20,000 nt of DNA, taken from Xylographa opegraphella (lineage: Eukaryota). This document shows, piece by piece, positions 1-11,708 of this stretch. Each line of letters starts with the position of its first letter. Position 1 is the stretch's first letter. Location of the stretch: positions 52,294-72,293 of the forward strand of contig JALDZX010000079.1 in NCBI GenBank assembly GCA_022813865.1, in the 5' to 3' direction. The notes beneath the pieces were generated by a model, which was not told the origin of the DNA, searched no databases, and saw only the letters and a list, made by a program, of their open reading frames with translations. Made by a program: the position numbers and the translations under genes.

Positions 1-222
1 GGGGTCGTGGGACGAATGGTTGTCGACGGGGACGAGGGTGACTCGGGGCGCCGAAAGGGCGAAGTACGCGGAGAGCCAAAGGAAAGAGGAGAGGGTTTGT
101 ATGTCACCGGGTGAGACTTGGGCGGATGTCAGCTTCTTTGCGCTGCACGATAGAGTGCGGAGGTATGAGCAAGTGCAAAGACTTGTAGCTTGTGGTTCTT
201 CCAGGGTTATGCTACTCACCAT
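1..222 (-). CDS. 5' end of a Ser/Pro-rich fungal hypothetical protein, continuing off the left edge. Exon 1 is ATG only (222-220), intron 219-117, exon 2 from 116 to <1
   Basis: The minus strand reads CCAGA-ATG|GTGAGT...GCTGAC (branch, 133-128)...CCCAAG|TCT CAC CCG. The spliced frame is open to the window edge and gives MSHPVTYKPSPLSFGSPRTSPFRRPESPSSPSTTIRPTT. This resembles N-termini of Pezizomycotina hypothetical proteins as I recall them (PSPLSFGSPRxSPFRRPESP). Not in the ORF track. Confidence 0.75.
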   Translation of the reverse strand, partial: MVSSITLEEPQATSLCTCSYLRTLSCSAKKLTSAQVSPGDIQTLSSFLWLSAYFALSAPRVTLVPVDNHSSHDP

Positions 223-757
223 TCTGGGAACACGGAATATGCTTATACTGATATATCTTTGTATAACTTCCCGAGAGGTTGAGATTGATCAATCCAGTGC
301 TTGTCACCCTCGCTACAAGATCTGCTGTATAATGGTGTCGGAGGGGAAGGTCATGCCTTCCGTCAGGCAAAACACAAGCGAAGTAAACAACGCAGATAAA
401 CTTCGGTTCGTTGACAGGGGCTCTTAAGCTAGTACATTCGAAGTTAGCTCCCTGCTCAGGGTTCAGCCTTACGCATGGTCCCCTAATGGGGCCTTGCACG
501 TGAAATGCGGCGACTTTCCTTACCAACGCCCTTGGTTGACGAGATGTGGCTCTCGAGGACAAGGGGAGGCACTGACTCTCTTTTGACACCCATTGGCGGT
601 TACCACGAGTGTTGATGGAAGTTTTTCTCATCACTGCAACATAGATGGTGTTTCTATAAGCTCTGTGAGCTTCTTCTTCGCTTTGCGGGATTCTCTAATT
701 TCCCGTTTCGCGATATTTAACGTACTATTATTTTCATGCACGGCCATTGAGTGCGCA
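223..757. promoter_or_regulatory. Divergent promoter region between the S/P-rich gene and mesA
   Basis: Head-to-head start codons about 535 bp apart. Positional inference only. Confidence 0.5.
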
Positions 758-3298
758 ATGGCGACTATGCTTCCTTACAGACCACCGACCAGTGGTACCA
801 GCCACAGCTCCAGCACGGGCCTCGATCGAAAGGCCTCTCTTTCGTCCTTTCCCTCCTCGAGGACCCTGTCAAGTACGTCTCTGCGTAACGGATCTTCCCA
901 CAAGGTGATCACCGGTCGAAGTCGACGCAATGATTCTGACAGCAGTACACGAACACCACCAACACCTTCTTCTCATAGCAATCCAACCAACGCAGCAACC
1001 TCAGGTTCACCACGCAAGGTCAAGTCCCAGTACCCAGCAGATTCCTCAGAGCGACACGTGGAATACATTCTCGTTGCGTCATTCGATATTGATCGCGGCC
1101 CGACAATGGAGCATCAATACCCCGGAGCCATAAGTGGAGATGAAAACATGCTGGCAGAACTCATGCTACCCGATCAAGCACATGTACGGAATCAAGATTG
1201 GACAATATTCTTTCTCCACAAGGACACGGGTGGTGAGGAAGAAGCAGCGGAAGTGAGGAGACTACGAAAAGAAAGGATACAGCGGAGGAAGAGACGGAAA
1301 GAAGATGCCGCACGGGGAGTTGTGGAGGAGGGCATGCCGCAAGAAGTATCAGAAAACGAGGAAGAACAAGAGGATGAGGAAGACGAGGAGGAAGAGGAGG
1401 AAGTGGAGGGCGGGGAAGGTCCGCCACTGATATATGTTTTGAATTTAGTGAATACAAAGCAAGATACTACTGCGAAGAGGTGCTCCATCAAATATTCTCA
1501 GTCTTTGGAATTTGAACTGATACTGTTTCGATATAGAGGTGCAGTGGTAAAAGCGATGGCAATTTGCACACGACATTCATTTCTACACATATACAAGGTA
1601 TGGGCAGCAAGGTAGATGTAATACCGGAGTTGTATTGACATTGCACAGCCTTTACTCCTGCTGGCTCTTGAAGAGTATTTCAAATCCCCTTATCCCGAGA
1701 CTCTAGCCCTGTTGTATGATGCGGTCAATGCAATGGACCTCTCTTTGATGCCTCGGTTATCTGTATTAGAAAGACATATCTTGCAAGCCAGCGATACCAA
1801 AGACTTATTTGTTGAGAAATTCGAACAAATGATACAGCAAAGAATGGCTCAGGAATCTCCCTCGGACAGCGCAACCTCGCCAGATTCGCCATCCAAAAAG
1901 AACGGAGACACCACTCGTCCGAGTCAGCGCTATGGCATCCCTCGGGACACCCATGAGTACGAAACTCGGGTCGTGTACAATGGCATCCCCATACCAATCA
2001 AGATTCCCACCGCAGTATCCCCCGAGACAGTAGGAGACTTTTCCGTTGTCAAACTGATTCAAGGCTTCTCCGCACCCCACGCCACATCTCCTCAACCCTT
2101 CGCCTTACACCCTCATCTTACGACCAGCGGCTCATACACGCACCCCGTAATAGTCCTGGTCAATGCAATTCTCACACAGAAAAGAATTATATTCCTTGGT
2201 CACAATCGGCCTTCGGGTGAGGTTGCGGAAGCTGTCCTTGCTGCTTGCGCTTTAGTGTCCGGTGGTGTGCTTCGTGGATTTACTCGGCATGCCTTCCCAT
2301 ATACCGATCTGACGAAAATCGACGATTTGCTAAAGGTACCTGGGTTCATCGCTGGTGTGACCAATCCCGCTTTCGCCAATCATCCTGAGTGGTGGGATCT
2401 TCTTTGTGACATCCCAACTGGTCGCATGAAAATCAGCCATCGAATCGAGCAGGCGCCTCTTACCGAAGGCTTCGTCTACTTCCAGCAACAGAATCCCACA
2501 TTCGCACCCAATAGCAGCGGTATCGGTGGGGGGCCGTCGCTTGTGAATGGATCACTGGACCCCACAGGGGATCAGGCTTTCATTGATGATGTCCTCCGAA
2601 GTATCGCCTCCCGTCATGGGGAATCTGTCATTCGTTCGAAATGGCGCGACTACATCATCAAGTTTACCCGGATTGCAGCCGCGTTCGAGGAAGCTGTCTA
2701 CGGCGCCTCAGCGTTATATATTGGCGCTTCCGAAGCCGACGCCGGCGCCTATGGCGTCTCTGGTCATGGCTATGTTTGGCCCGACGATATCAGCCGAGGC
2801 CGGGAGCTTGGCGCGAATGTTTGGCGGATTGAAGGATGGCGTCTAACACGCAGCTATTATAGCTTCATTCAAGACCTTGCTGCTTTGTGGGGCCGGCTGC
2901 CTATTCGCAAGCTTGACTTGGGTCATCAGTTAGACCGTCTGCGACAGCTGAGGCTGAGCCACGAGGAGAGTGGAAAGATATTTCTTGCCATGCGAGACGC
3001 GATCCGAAGCTATGACGAGGTGTGCCAACTATTGACCGCCACTCCCGAAAATCATGCCGGGTTATTCTACCTTAGCTTGGGCCTTTTCCATCCGGATGCG
3101 AGCGTCCGGAAAGGGACAGTAGAATTGATGGAAAGGATCCGGGAGCACGAAGCCGGACGACACTTTTATGCTCAACTTGGCCGGTTCGCCAAGTGCGCCT
3201 TCTTGCGGATCAGGAAGGAAGACGAGACGAGAGGGAAGAGGGATACGGATACGGATACTATTGATACGAGACCAAGAACGGCATGGAGACGGAGTTGA
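758..3298 (+). CDS. mesA: Arf3-interacting protein Afi1 / MesA polarity-axis protein (DENN-related Afi1 and SPA domains). Exons 758-1479, 1537-1597, 1649-3298
   Basis: Recognisable motifs: [111 protein letters not shown]. Introns 1480-1536 (GTGCTC..CTGAT..TAG) and 1598-1648 (GTATGG..TTGAC..CAG) join ORFs 593-1615 and 1712-3298 in frame. The start may be ATG 758 or ATG 767. Confidence 0.9.
3241..3258 (+). repeat. (GGATAC)3 coding microsatellite encoding DTDTDT in the MesA C-terminal tail
   Basis: GGATACGGATACGGATAC is read directly, with a further degenerate GATACG unit just downstream. Confidence 0.7.
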
Positions 3299-3984
3299 GT
3301 GCGAGGGGTCGGGATTGAGAGCATGGGTGTGGTGATTGAATGAGAGATACCCATTTGTTATATGCAGCATAGGCTAATCTTTGGTCCTTGAGCTCGGACT
3401 CTGTAATGAGTTTTTAATTTTGGAACACCATTTCAGTACAATATGCCTCCTCCATGCTGCTATTCAGTCAAACCGCTCACGTATGACCTAGAGCTCCTGC
3501 AGACTGACATAACTACTGATTGTGTCTCTCGTCTGTTGTCGGGACCTGTAAAGTCGTTTGGAAGCATCAAGCTATGTCCGGCAAAAGCCTTCGACTGTCT
3601 CTAACCATTGTACTTCCACAGGTATAATCGGCAGTACTCGAAGTATCACCATCACTCTAAGCTGGTGAACGCCACGAAAGTGGGAGTCAGAAGGGCCCCT
3701 AAAAGACCACAGCCATCCCTTCCGAAGGGCAAGAATTGTAACATTTCCCTACACCAAAGCTTCGAGAATGCTTCACGCTGTTTACTAATGATGAACCTAG
3801 CGAGCCCGTGGAATGGCCATAGCCGCAATTTTGTCTAGGGTCCAGGACGATAGGGAGTAAGAGTGACCGGTAACATATGCCCTGGGTACGGGAGGCAACG
3901 CAATGGCGTGTTGGTAGATCAGTAGCCACAGTTGTGGTTGAGGGTCAAATTCGTTGAGCAGGAGGACAGGAGTGCTGTAGTAGC

Positions 3985-4725
3985 TCAATAGAATCCCAAA
4001 GGTCGTTCGCTGGTTTTCATAGATACGGAGTCTGTGGCGTCAGACGCCTCCTGTTTGGTCCTCCCATGGCTACTGAGCTCCTCTTCGCTCGTAACACCGT
4101 TGCTAACAAGAACTTCGTTGATCGGCGATTGATCCGTCGTTGCCGCTCTCGCTGCCTTCTTTGCCTTCTTTCCGGCTTTTGTCTGCCATAGTTGCTCATC
4201 CTGCTCGATCTCTCGCAGAACTTGGTGTTGCCGTTAGCGTAATCAAAGGAAACAAGTATCATTCTACGAACCTTCTTCCCATTCTTTTTCCTTCTCTTTG
4301 TTCCCGGTACCTAAGAGGCCTTCAACATCCACATCCTCACCCCGCTGCACTCTTTCGAGAACCTCCCGGAGCAAGGCAATCCTCGCATCAGCCTTCCGAC
4401 TGAAGTTTGTGAACTCGTTTCGCAGGGCGATCATTTGAATTGCATTGGACCCAATGAGTAAGAACATGATTATGTAAAATGTTGCCGGGTTCCACTCCTT
4501 GTTCTTTGGGACTTTGCTTGTATACAACGTAGGCTCTCGTTTCCTAAGGAATTTAGGAACCATAGAGTGCCAGAATGAAGGCTGAGCAACCCGAGGTAGT
4601 GATTCTGCGGACGATGCACATGCCCTTTGGGTCTTTGGAACGAATATCGGAGCTCCAGAGTAGAACAGGGATAGCGGAGGTCGACCAATACATTGTTGGA
4701 TAGCTCGGGTACGAAGCATCTTCAT
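3985..4725 (-). CDS. DUF5321-like fungal protein, probably a single-pass mitochondrial membrane protein. Exons 4725-4272 and 4220-3985
   Basis: Basic N-terminus poor in acidic residues, resembling a presequence. Motif WNPATFYIIMFLLIGSNAIQMIALR followed by LREVLERVQRGEDVDVEGLLGTG..E.EWEE. Intron 4271-4221 (GTTCGT..GCTAAC..AAG) continues the frame as EWEEVLREIEQDEQLWQ...RPLGFY*, with stop at 3987-3985. Confidence 0.82.
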
Positions 4726-5015
4726 GCCTCCACCTGCAGAATATGCAATCGTCTCCGATACTGGAACACGGTGAATTGGTCAAACTCGAATGCATTGTTA
4801 GGTAGAAATTCACGGGGACCAACTAGCTCGATTCTGCCACCACGCGAGCAGGGATTAATAATACTCACCGCCCGGCTCTGTTTACTTCGAACATCAACGC
4901 TTCTGGGGTAACACGTGTGGGAGAAGTTTTAGCTGTATCGCCATCGCTGTAATATGCTAATGTGTACTTCTAATTGCTTGTCGTCTTTTCTGCCTCTATC
5001 TATCGTCTATAAGCA
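4726..5015. promoter_or_regulatory. Compact 290-bp divergent promoter shared by the DUF5321-like gene and separase
   Basis: Head-to-head ATGs at 4725 and 5016, a pyrimidine-rich tract before the separase ATG, and CACGTG at 4912-4917. Confidence 0.55.
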
Positions 5016-8000
5016 ATGACCAATCAAGAATTGCATGCGCACATAGCACGTATCAAGCAATCACTAGCCTCTCCAACAACTTGTACTTCTGCTACCGCGG
5101 AAGCTTTATCCTCCATTTTGACACCTAACTCGTCTACGGTTCCACACAAAGCAAATCCTGGTGCTTACTCACAGAAGCAGAATGCAAGACTACCAGTTGC
5201 CCGCGGGGCGAGCGGCCCAGCTGCTAGATCGAAGAAAAAGCTTGAAGTGGCTATACTCGAAATACAGGAGCCGGAGGAGGGGCGTCTTGATCCTACAGGG
5301 AGATTCAAGCTTGCTATGGAGGTCGTGAACATAACATTGAAACAACTGACGGAGGCGCTGAAGACGCCGGTGATGCAAAAGCCTCGGCGAAGACTACCCT
5401 TGAATCGAACATCATCCGAGTCACAGAGCAGAGGACCATCCAACCCAGGGTCTCCTGTCCCTCTTCAGCCACGCAGTGTCAATCGTGTTACATCTGTGGC
5501 ATCTGGGAGCTCGTGTAGCAGACGCTCGTCGTGTGCCGACCAGTCTGAACAGGCAACGAGCATACTGGCCCTTGCCGAGTGCGCTCGGACGGCATTGGCA
5601 ACATTAAGGGCACTGGAATCGTCTGGAAGTACAGAATTTCAAATGCCGAGCCTCCAATTAGAGGCCGGAATGTCTGCATTTATTGGCAAGCTTGTCGCGT
5701 TGGGTATGGACGAAATAGCTGTCAAAGAGCTGCGAATACTAACCAAGAGAATATCTGCACAAGGGGCAGAAGGCGAATCTTTGGTCAAGCGCACCATGAT
5801 AGACTTGCTGCACATCAATCATGTCCCGTCTGATCCTCAAACTGTATCATTGATTGTCACGACGCAGTTGCAAATCCTGAAGCTTCTTGTAGTCAAGAAG
5901 CGTGGCTTTAACCTAGAGACTGCGTACAAATATCTTCGGCTTTCAAATCCCGGTTCCCCAGCAAATCTTCTTGATTGGCTGGTGGCCAGCCCCTCCCCGG
6001 AATTCCGAACGAAAGCTCTGAGGCAGATGGAGACCCTAGCGCAACTGCTGCTGTCGCTTTGTCAAGTAGACGCTACCGAAACTGGAAGGATCCCCAATGC
6101 AAGTGTTGCTTTCCAATACCAAATCCTGGCGCTTCAACTACGAGGGAAATGGTGGAAATTAGCTGGACACAAAGTGGACAAAGAAAAGGAATTGCTCAAC
6201 CCTTTTGTCAGATATCTCAACGCCTTCGTTCAGTCGACGGTAAATGTCGATGAAGAGTTATTTAGTTTCGTCAGAAGTACTGTTGATAATTTATCCGAGA
6301 CCGTCGAATTCATGTTGGTGCCATCCATCCTTCAGATATTGTCCGACTTGGCTTCAAAGTGCAAGAATTTCAGCAATGCAATAAGGTATTCGAACCTGCT
6401 ACTGACGGCCTACAACAATAGCAATGCTTCTAAAGCTCGAGTTTGTGGCGTTCTGTGCCGACTGGCTAAATTGCAGCTGCAGCTTGGAGACCTGAAAGAT
6501 GAAAAGTCCACGGACGAGACTTTGAAGATGCTCCTCAACGCTGTCAAAGCTTTAAAAGGAAATTTGACGGGCGATTCTTCGGACTTGGACGAATTACTAA
6601 TTCAGTTTACAAGTCTACGGAAGAAATGCCTCTCATACTTACATTCCAATCATGAAGTGCAAGCTTACGAGACTGTCTGTCTAGAGCTTGTCTTGCTTGG
6701 TTCGAGGTTTCTAATACGCTATGTTGGCGAACGTCCTGCTGTGATGGCTACCAAGGGTGTTGAAGACCGTTTTCTAAAACGCCTTGGATTCGCCCGCCGG
6801 GTTATACTGTCAACCGTTGAAGCTATCGCATCCTTGGCAAAGCTTTCACTCGCCGACAATGCTGTTGTCTGGAAAACTATTGATATGGCCTTACAGGACT
6901 GTGTAAGTCTGCTTTCAAACTTCGATATATCGGATCTCTCTGAGAAGACATCCCCGAATGTGTCCTCTCCCAAAGACTTATCTTCTTTCTCTCTATTGTC
7001 AAATGCATACTGGTGCCATTATCTGAAGCAGAAATCGGTATGTCCAAAGTTAGAGGACCTTCGATCATGCCTTCAAAAGTCCATTGATTTGATCATCGAA
7101 CGGCCCATTCTGGAGAAGCGCGCGGCATTTCTTCCTACAAAACTTGTTAAACTGGCGGAAATCTACGAGCAATGCAAACAGACGCGGGAAGCCAAGGCCA
7201 CCTACGTTGAAGCTCTAAAAGCACAGATGGCAATGGGCTCTCTACGTATTGCTGCCGAATGTGCTGCTTCAAACTCAGTTGCCCAGATTTTCGGCTATGA
7301 CAGCGGTACGTCAATGCTTGCTAAATTGCTCGAGCGCTATATCATATTGACATGTAGAACCGTTCCTGACGAGCAGAGCATACAATACTTTGACGATGAT
7401 CAACTTTGTGATCAAGAGCGTGGCATACTGCTTGAGTATCAATCTAGGGTTCTAAGCAGCGCGATGCCTGTTCCGAGAACACATATGTGGACGAGCGCTT
7501 TGAGAGAAATATCCTCAACCTTACTCAACTTATACGATGAGGACAACTTTCCCGTTAGAAGGTTACGTGTTGTAGTTCGGATTCTTCAAGTCCATGCTTT
7601 GCACCACGCAAGTTTCGACCCAGTGTTCATCGGAAATATCTTGACTGCTCGGAGTTCCTGTGATCTGTTATCTCTAGGCTGTGACTCTGGATTGAAGAAA
7701 TACCTCACTCATCTCCATGCCTTTCGAGAGGTACTCTCGACAATGGTTTCAAGTCCACCGAACCCCAAGGATCTGGACGGGCCTCTCAGAATTTGGTCAG
7801 AACTTATCGAAGATGCGAAGCTGAAGACTGTGCTTCTGGATCAAATAGATGATACTGACGACTGGCTCCATTGTCTGGAAGACATTGCAGAGTATGTCTA
7901 CATGCAAGGACGTGAAAAGCAACGGCTTTCTGTCTTACAACTCACTGCAACAATTCATGGGTTGATCCACGCTGTGAACGATCCTGCTTGCGTCTCCAAT

Positions 8001-11000
8001 CTCATAGCGCTGAGTCTACAATATACCCGTCTGGGGCATTCGAGAGACGCAGGCGAGGTATTGCAAAAGGTTCGGGAGCATCTTAGTAACGACGGCACGC
8101 CACTTCACATGAGTTTACGGTGGCACATAGCCTATTCGGAATACCTCGCCGACACAGGCAATTTGGTCAAATCGTAAGTCTGCTCGGAAAATTCAGGGTT
8201 GTTATTGTCGCTAATATATATTCAGTGAAGAACACATACAAAAAGCTACGGAGCTGCTGGCCGACGTGACTGCTACAAGGGAAGCAGACTCAAGCTATTC
8301 AAACAAAGGATTAAGTAAAATATGGGTAAGCGCTGAGATAGCCCACATCCGTTCATTACTCAACGAAACCAAAGGCCACATTTCGGCTTCGTTGTTTTAT
8401 GCCAAAAAGAGCGTAAGATTCTCCCAAAGGCTATGGACTATTCTTGACCGTCGAATTGGAGCCGGCATAACTCACAGGACACAAGCAACCGTTCCTGGGG
8501 CAACTCGAGGTTCATCTACCACTTCAATCTTGGAAGCTCAAGATCTTCCGATCGCATCAAGAACACATGCGTCTCTGCAACGCGCCGAATTATGGTCGCT
8601 TGTTCCAGATCTGATCTGCCGACTCAGACACCTTTCAAAGATATTCTCCCATTGTGGGCTTTACCCGGATGCCAGGTACTATGCGGAACAAGCTCTAAGG
8701 GTAGCGGATGCTGTAGGCGCCACTCCTTACCAATCTCAACTCAATATTATTATCGGAAATTATGAGGTTCGGTGTGGAAAGCTCGATAACGGGCTTTCCC
8801 GAATCTTGAAAAGCATGGATACTGTAGGAGAACAGAGTGGACCCTATGCGAGCGTCGTAGCACAACTTACTCTGGCAAGTGCACTCGCTAAAACTGGTGA
8901 TACTCAAGCCGAAGAAGAGGCTCTTGCAAGTGCAAAGATCATGGCTGCAGGAACGATACCTACCGATTCTGCTGCTGAGGAAGTTCATCATGTCTCCGAT
9001 TCGCTAGGAGACTTGAGCGTACAGATGCATAAGCTGAACATCAAATCCCGCTCTAGTCGTACTCAACATAGCAAAAGCCGAGCACCAGTTGTCAGCATAA
9101 AGGTCAAAAAGTCCAGAAAACCCGCTAGTACAAAGGTATCGACAGATTCTTTGGCAGCTCAGCCATTGGCATTTCGTCGCTTGCGAGCATCTGTGCTGAG
9201 GGAAGAATCACAATCTGCACTACGCATGGGAAATCTCGAGGTCTCAAGGGCCTGTCTATCCGAAGCCGGATCGATTCCTGTGAGCCAACAAGATATGGTG
9301 GATCATGCCCTGGCTCTGGCACAGCTTTCTCTGAAAGAAGGACTGTACCAAATTTCCAAAGATCCTGTGTTTAGCGTTTTGTCTGACTCAACGATGTCGT
9401 GTCCATCTGTCGCACTTGCTGGCCGTCGCCGAAGTAAGGACCATCTCTCAACGATAAAACTGCCGGAACCTGGCCCAAAAGCAACAAGATCTCGCTCGCA
9501 GCCAACCACAAAAGCTGGATCGCGGCTTACCAGCCCGAAACCAAGCCAATTCAGTGAACATCTCCAGAAAGCATTAGCTGCTATTCATACCATTTGCAAC
9601 ATTGCGCAGCTCATTAGCTCGAGCTCTCGAGTACATCTCCTTTCTTCAATACTTTTCAAGATCGTCATGATGCTTTCGACTACGGCTACGCCAGTCTCTC
9701 AAGGTAATGTGAGCCCGATGTTTGGGCTTTACGCCATGGAGCTCGGACGCTGTGTGGCCGCAATCAAGAACTCATCGATCATTACCATCGAGAAATTACT
9801 GGCTGTTGATGAGGACAGCGACGGACACAGTTCTGAAACCAACCATTCTATCGTCGATCTCGTTGAGGGCAAAGTCGATATTGCTTCCTTCCAGGCGGAT
9901 TACATTGATATTATACCCACTTCATGGAATGTGATATCAATATCGTTGAGTGAGGATTTCAAAGAATTACGTTTGGCTAAACTTCGGACAGCACAAACAC
10001 CTTTCATGCTTGCGATGCCCCTTGATAGGCACTGCAGCAGAAACGGTGAGGATGAAATCTTCGGTTTTGACGAAGGCAAGTCGGAGCTTTTGGATATCAT
10101 CGACTTGTCCAATCATTCCGCGCATGAAGCAAAATCAAGGGACATGTCGAAGAAAGGGGCTAAAACCGAGTGGTGGGAAGCGCGAGCTGCCCTTGACAAT
10201 CGTCTCAGGGATCTCGTTAGAAATATTGAGACTATCTGGCTTGGCGGCTTCCGCGGCATTTTTGCGAAGGAAGCTCACCGTCATGATCTGTTAGCTCGAT
10301 TTCAGAAATCGTTTTCCAATATCCTCAACAAGCATCTGCCATCTCGGCGAAAACCAGGCACCGCGTCGGCATCCGTTCGTGTCGCCGTAGATACGCAAGT
10401 CCTAGAACTCTTTGTGAATCTGGGAAACCCTGCAGAAGTGGATGACCTAGATGAGCCTATAATGGATTTGCTTTATTTCGTTGTCGATGTACTGCAGTTC
10501 GGTGGAGAGCGAAATGCATATGACGAGATTGATTTTGATGCGATTGCGGTGGAAACACTCGATACTCTAACACACTATCATCAGGCTGCCCGCGACAGAT
10601 CCGAGGATGTGGACACGCACACCATTCTAATCCTGGACAAATCCATCCATTGTTTCCCATGGGAGTCACTCCCTTGTCTGTCTGGGCGGTCAGTGTCAAG
10701 GCTACCGTCCTTGACCCATCTTAGAGAGCGGATACTTCAACAATGCCAGCAGGACTCGCAGAACAACGGATGCACCGACAGTGGGTATCATGTTGACCCA
10801 AGTGATGGTGCTTACATACTGAACCCAGCTGGAGATCTGACTTCCACCCAGAAACTATTTCAAAAGCCTCTTGAGTCTTTAAGTAGCTGGTCCGCAACAA
10901 TGAACAGAACTCCGAGCGAAATGGAGCTTGAAGCTTCCCTTTCAACCCGATCCATATACCTATATTTTGGGCATGGTAGTGGTAGCCAGTACATCAGCTC

Positions 11001-11451
11001 TAGGGCTGTGCGGAAGCTAGACCGATGTGCAGTGGCATTGTTAATGGGTTGTAGCAGTGGCACCATGACAGAAGAAGGAGAATACGAAAGCCATGGTGTC
11101 CCTCTGACGTACCTACAGGCTGGAGCACAGGCTGTGGTTGGAACGTTGTGGGACGTGACAGATAAAGATATTGACCGTTTCTCCATGAGTGTGTTGGAAA
11201 ATTGGGGCCTTTTTGAGCATGGTTCGGCGATTCAGGATAGAAGCCCCATCAAAGAGGCCAAGGGGAAGAGCAAGGCGAGAGCAGAACTGGTGGCAATGCC
11301 CGATGCAGAACAGAGGCCGCAAAAGCAAGCGATGAGTCTGGATCAGGCCATTGCGAAGGGGAGGAAAGCCTGTTTCCTGAAGTATCTGAATGGAGCGGCG
11401 CCAGTCATGTATGGGACGCCGGTCTTCTTAAGGTCCAGTATATATAAGTAG
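5016..11451 (+). CDS. ESP1: Separase (peptidase family C50; Esp1/Cut1/BimB), about 2127 aa. Exons 5016-8173 and 8226-11451
   Basis: The C-terminal protease domain has catalytic His (YLYFGHGSG) and Cys (LLMGCSSG), plus FPWESLP, VSRLPSL, YILNPAGDL, VGTLWDVTDKDIDRF and YLNGAAPVMYG, after a long helical N-terminal region. A single 52-nt intron at 8174-8225 (GTAAGT..GCTAAT..CAG) joins the two large ORFs in frame. Confidence 0.96.
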
Positions 11452-11708
11452 CAGGGTATTGAATGTCAATTTTTTGATCATTTTGTGGGCAAAAGTGAAG
11501 GGTTGGTTTTGAAGGTGAGGGAATTAATGCTCGAACCACGGCCACATTATAGAATCCTCAGGGCTTGACATGTTGGCATAAGCTATAGGTATACAGCTCA
11601 AGCTCCCTCACCTTTCATGGTTTTCCCAGCCTCTCAGCCGATCTACACATCAATTTATTCTCGGTCTATCATCTGTTAAATGGTAGACCTATGAACGGCG
11701 TTTAAGAT

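Noticed and set aside
20..757. ORFs 20-427 (+), 212-634 (-) and the 593-757 N-terminal extension of mesA
   Set aside because: They rely on alternative starts or lack motifs. The region is better explained by the minus-strand spliced gene and a divergent promoter.
1355..1420. GAR-rich purine tract
   Set aside because: It encodes the acidic low-complexity loop of MesA/Afi1 and is not an independent repeat element.
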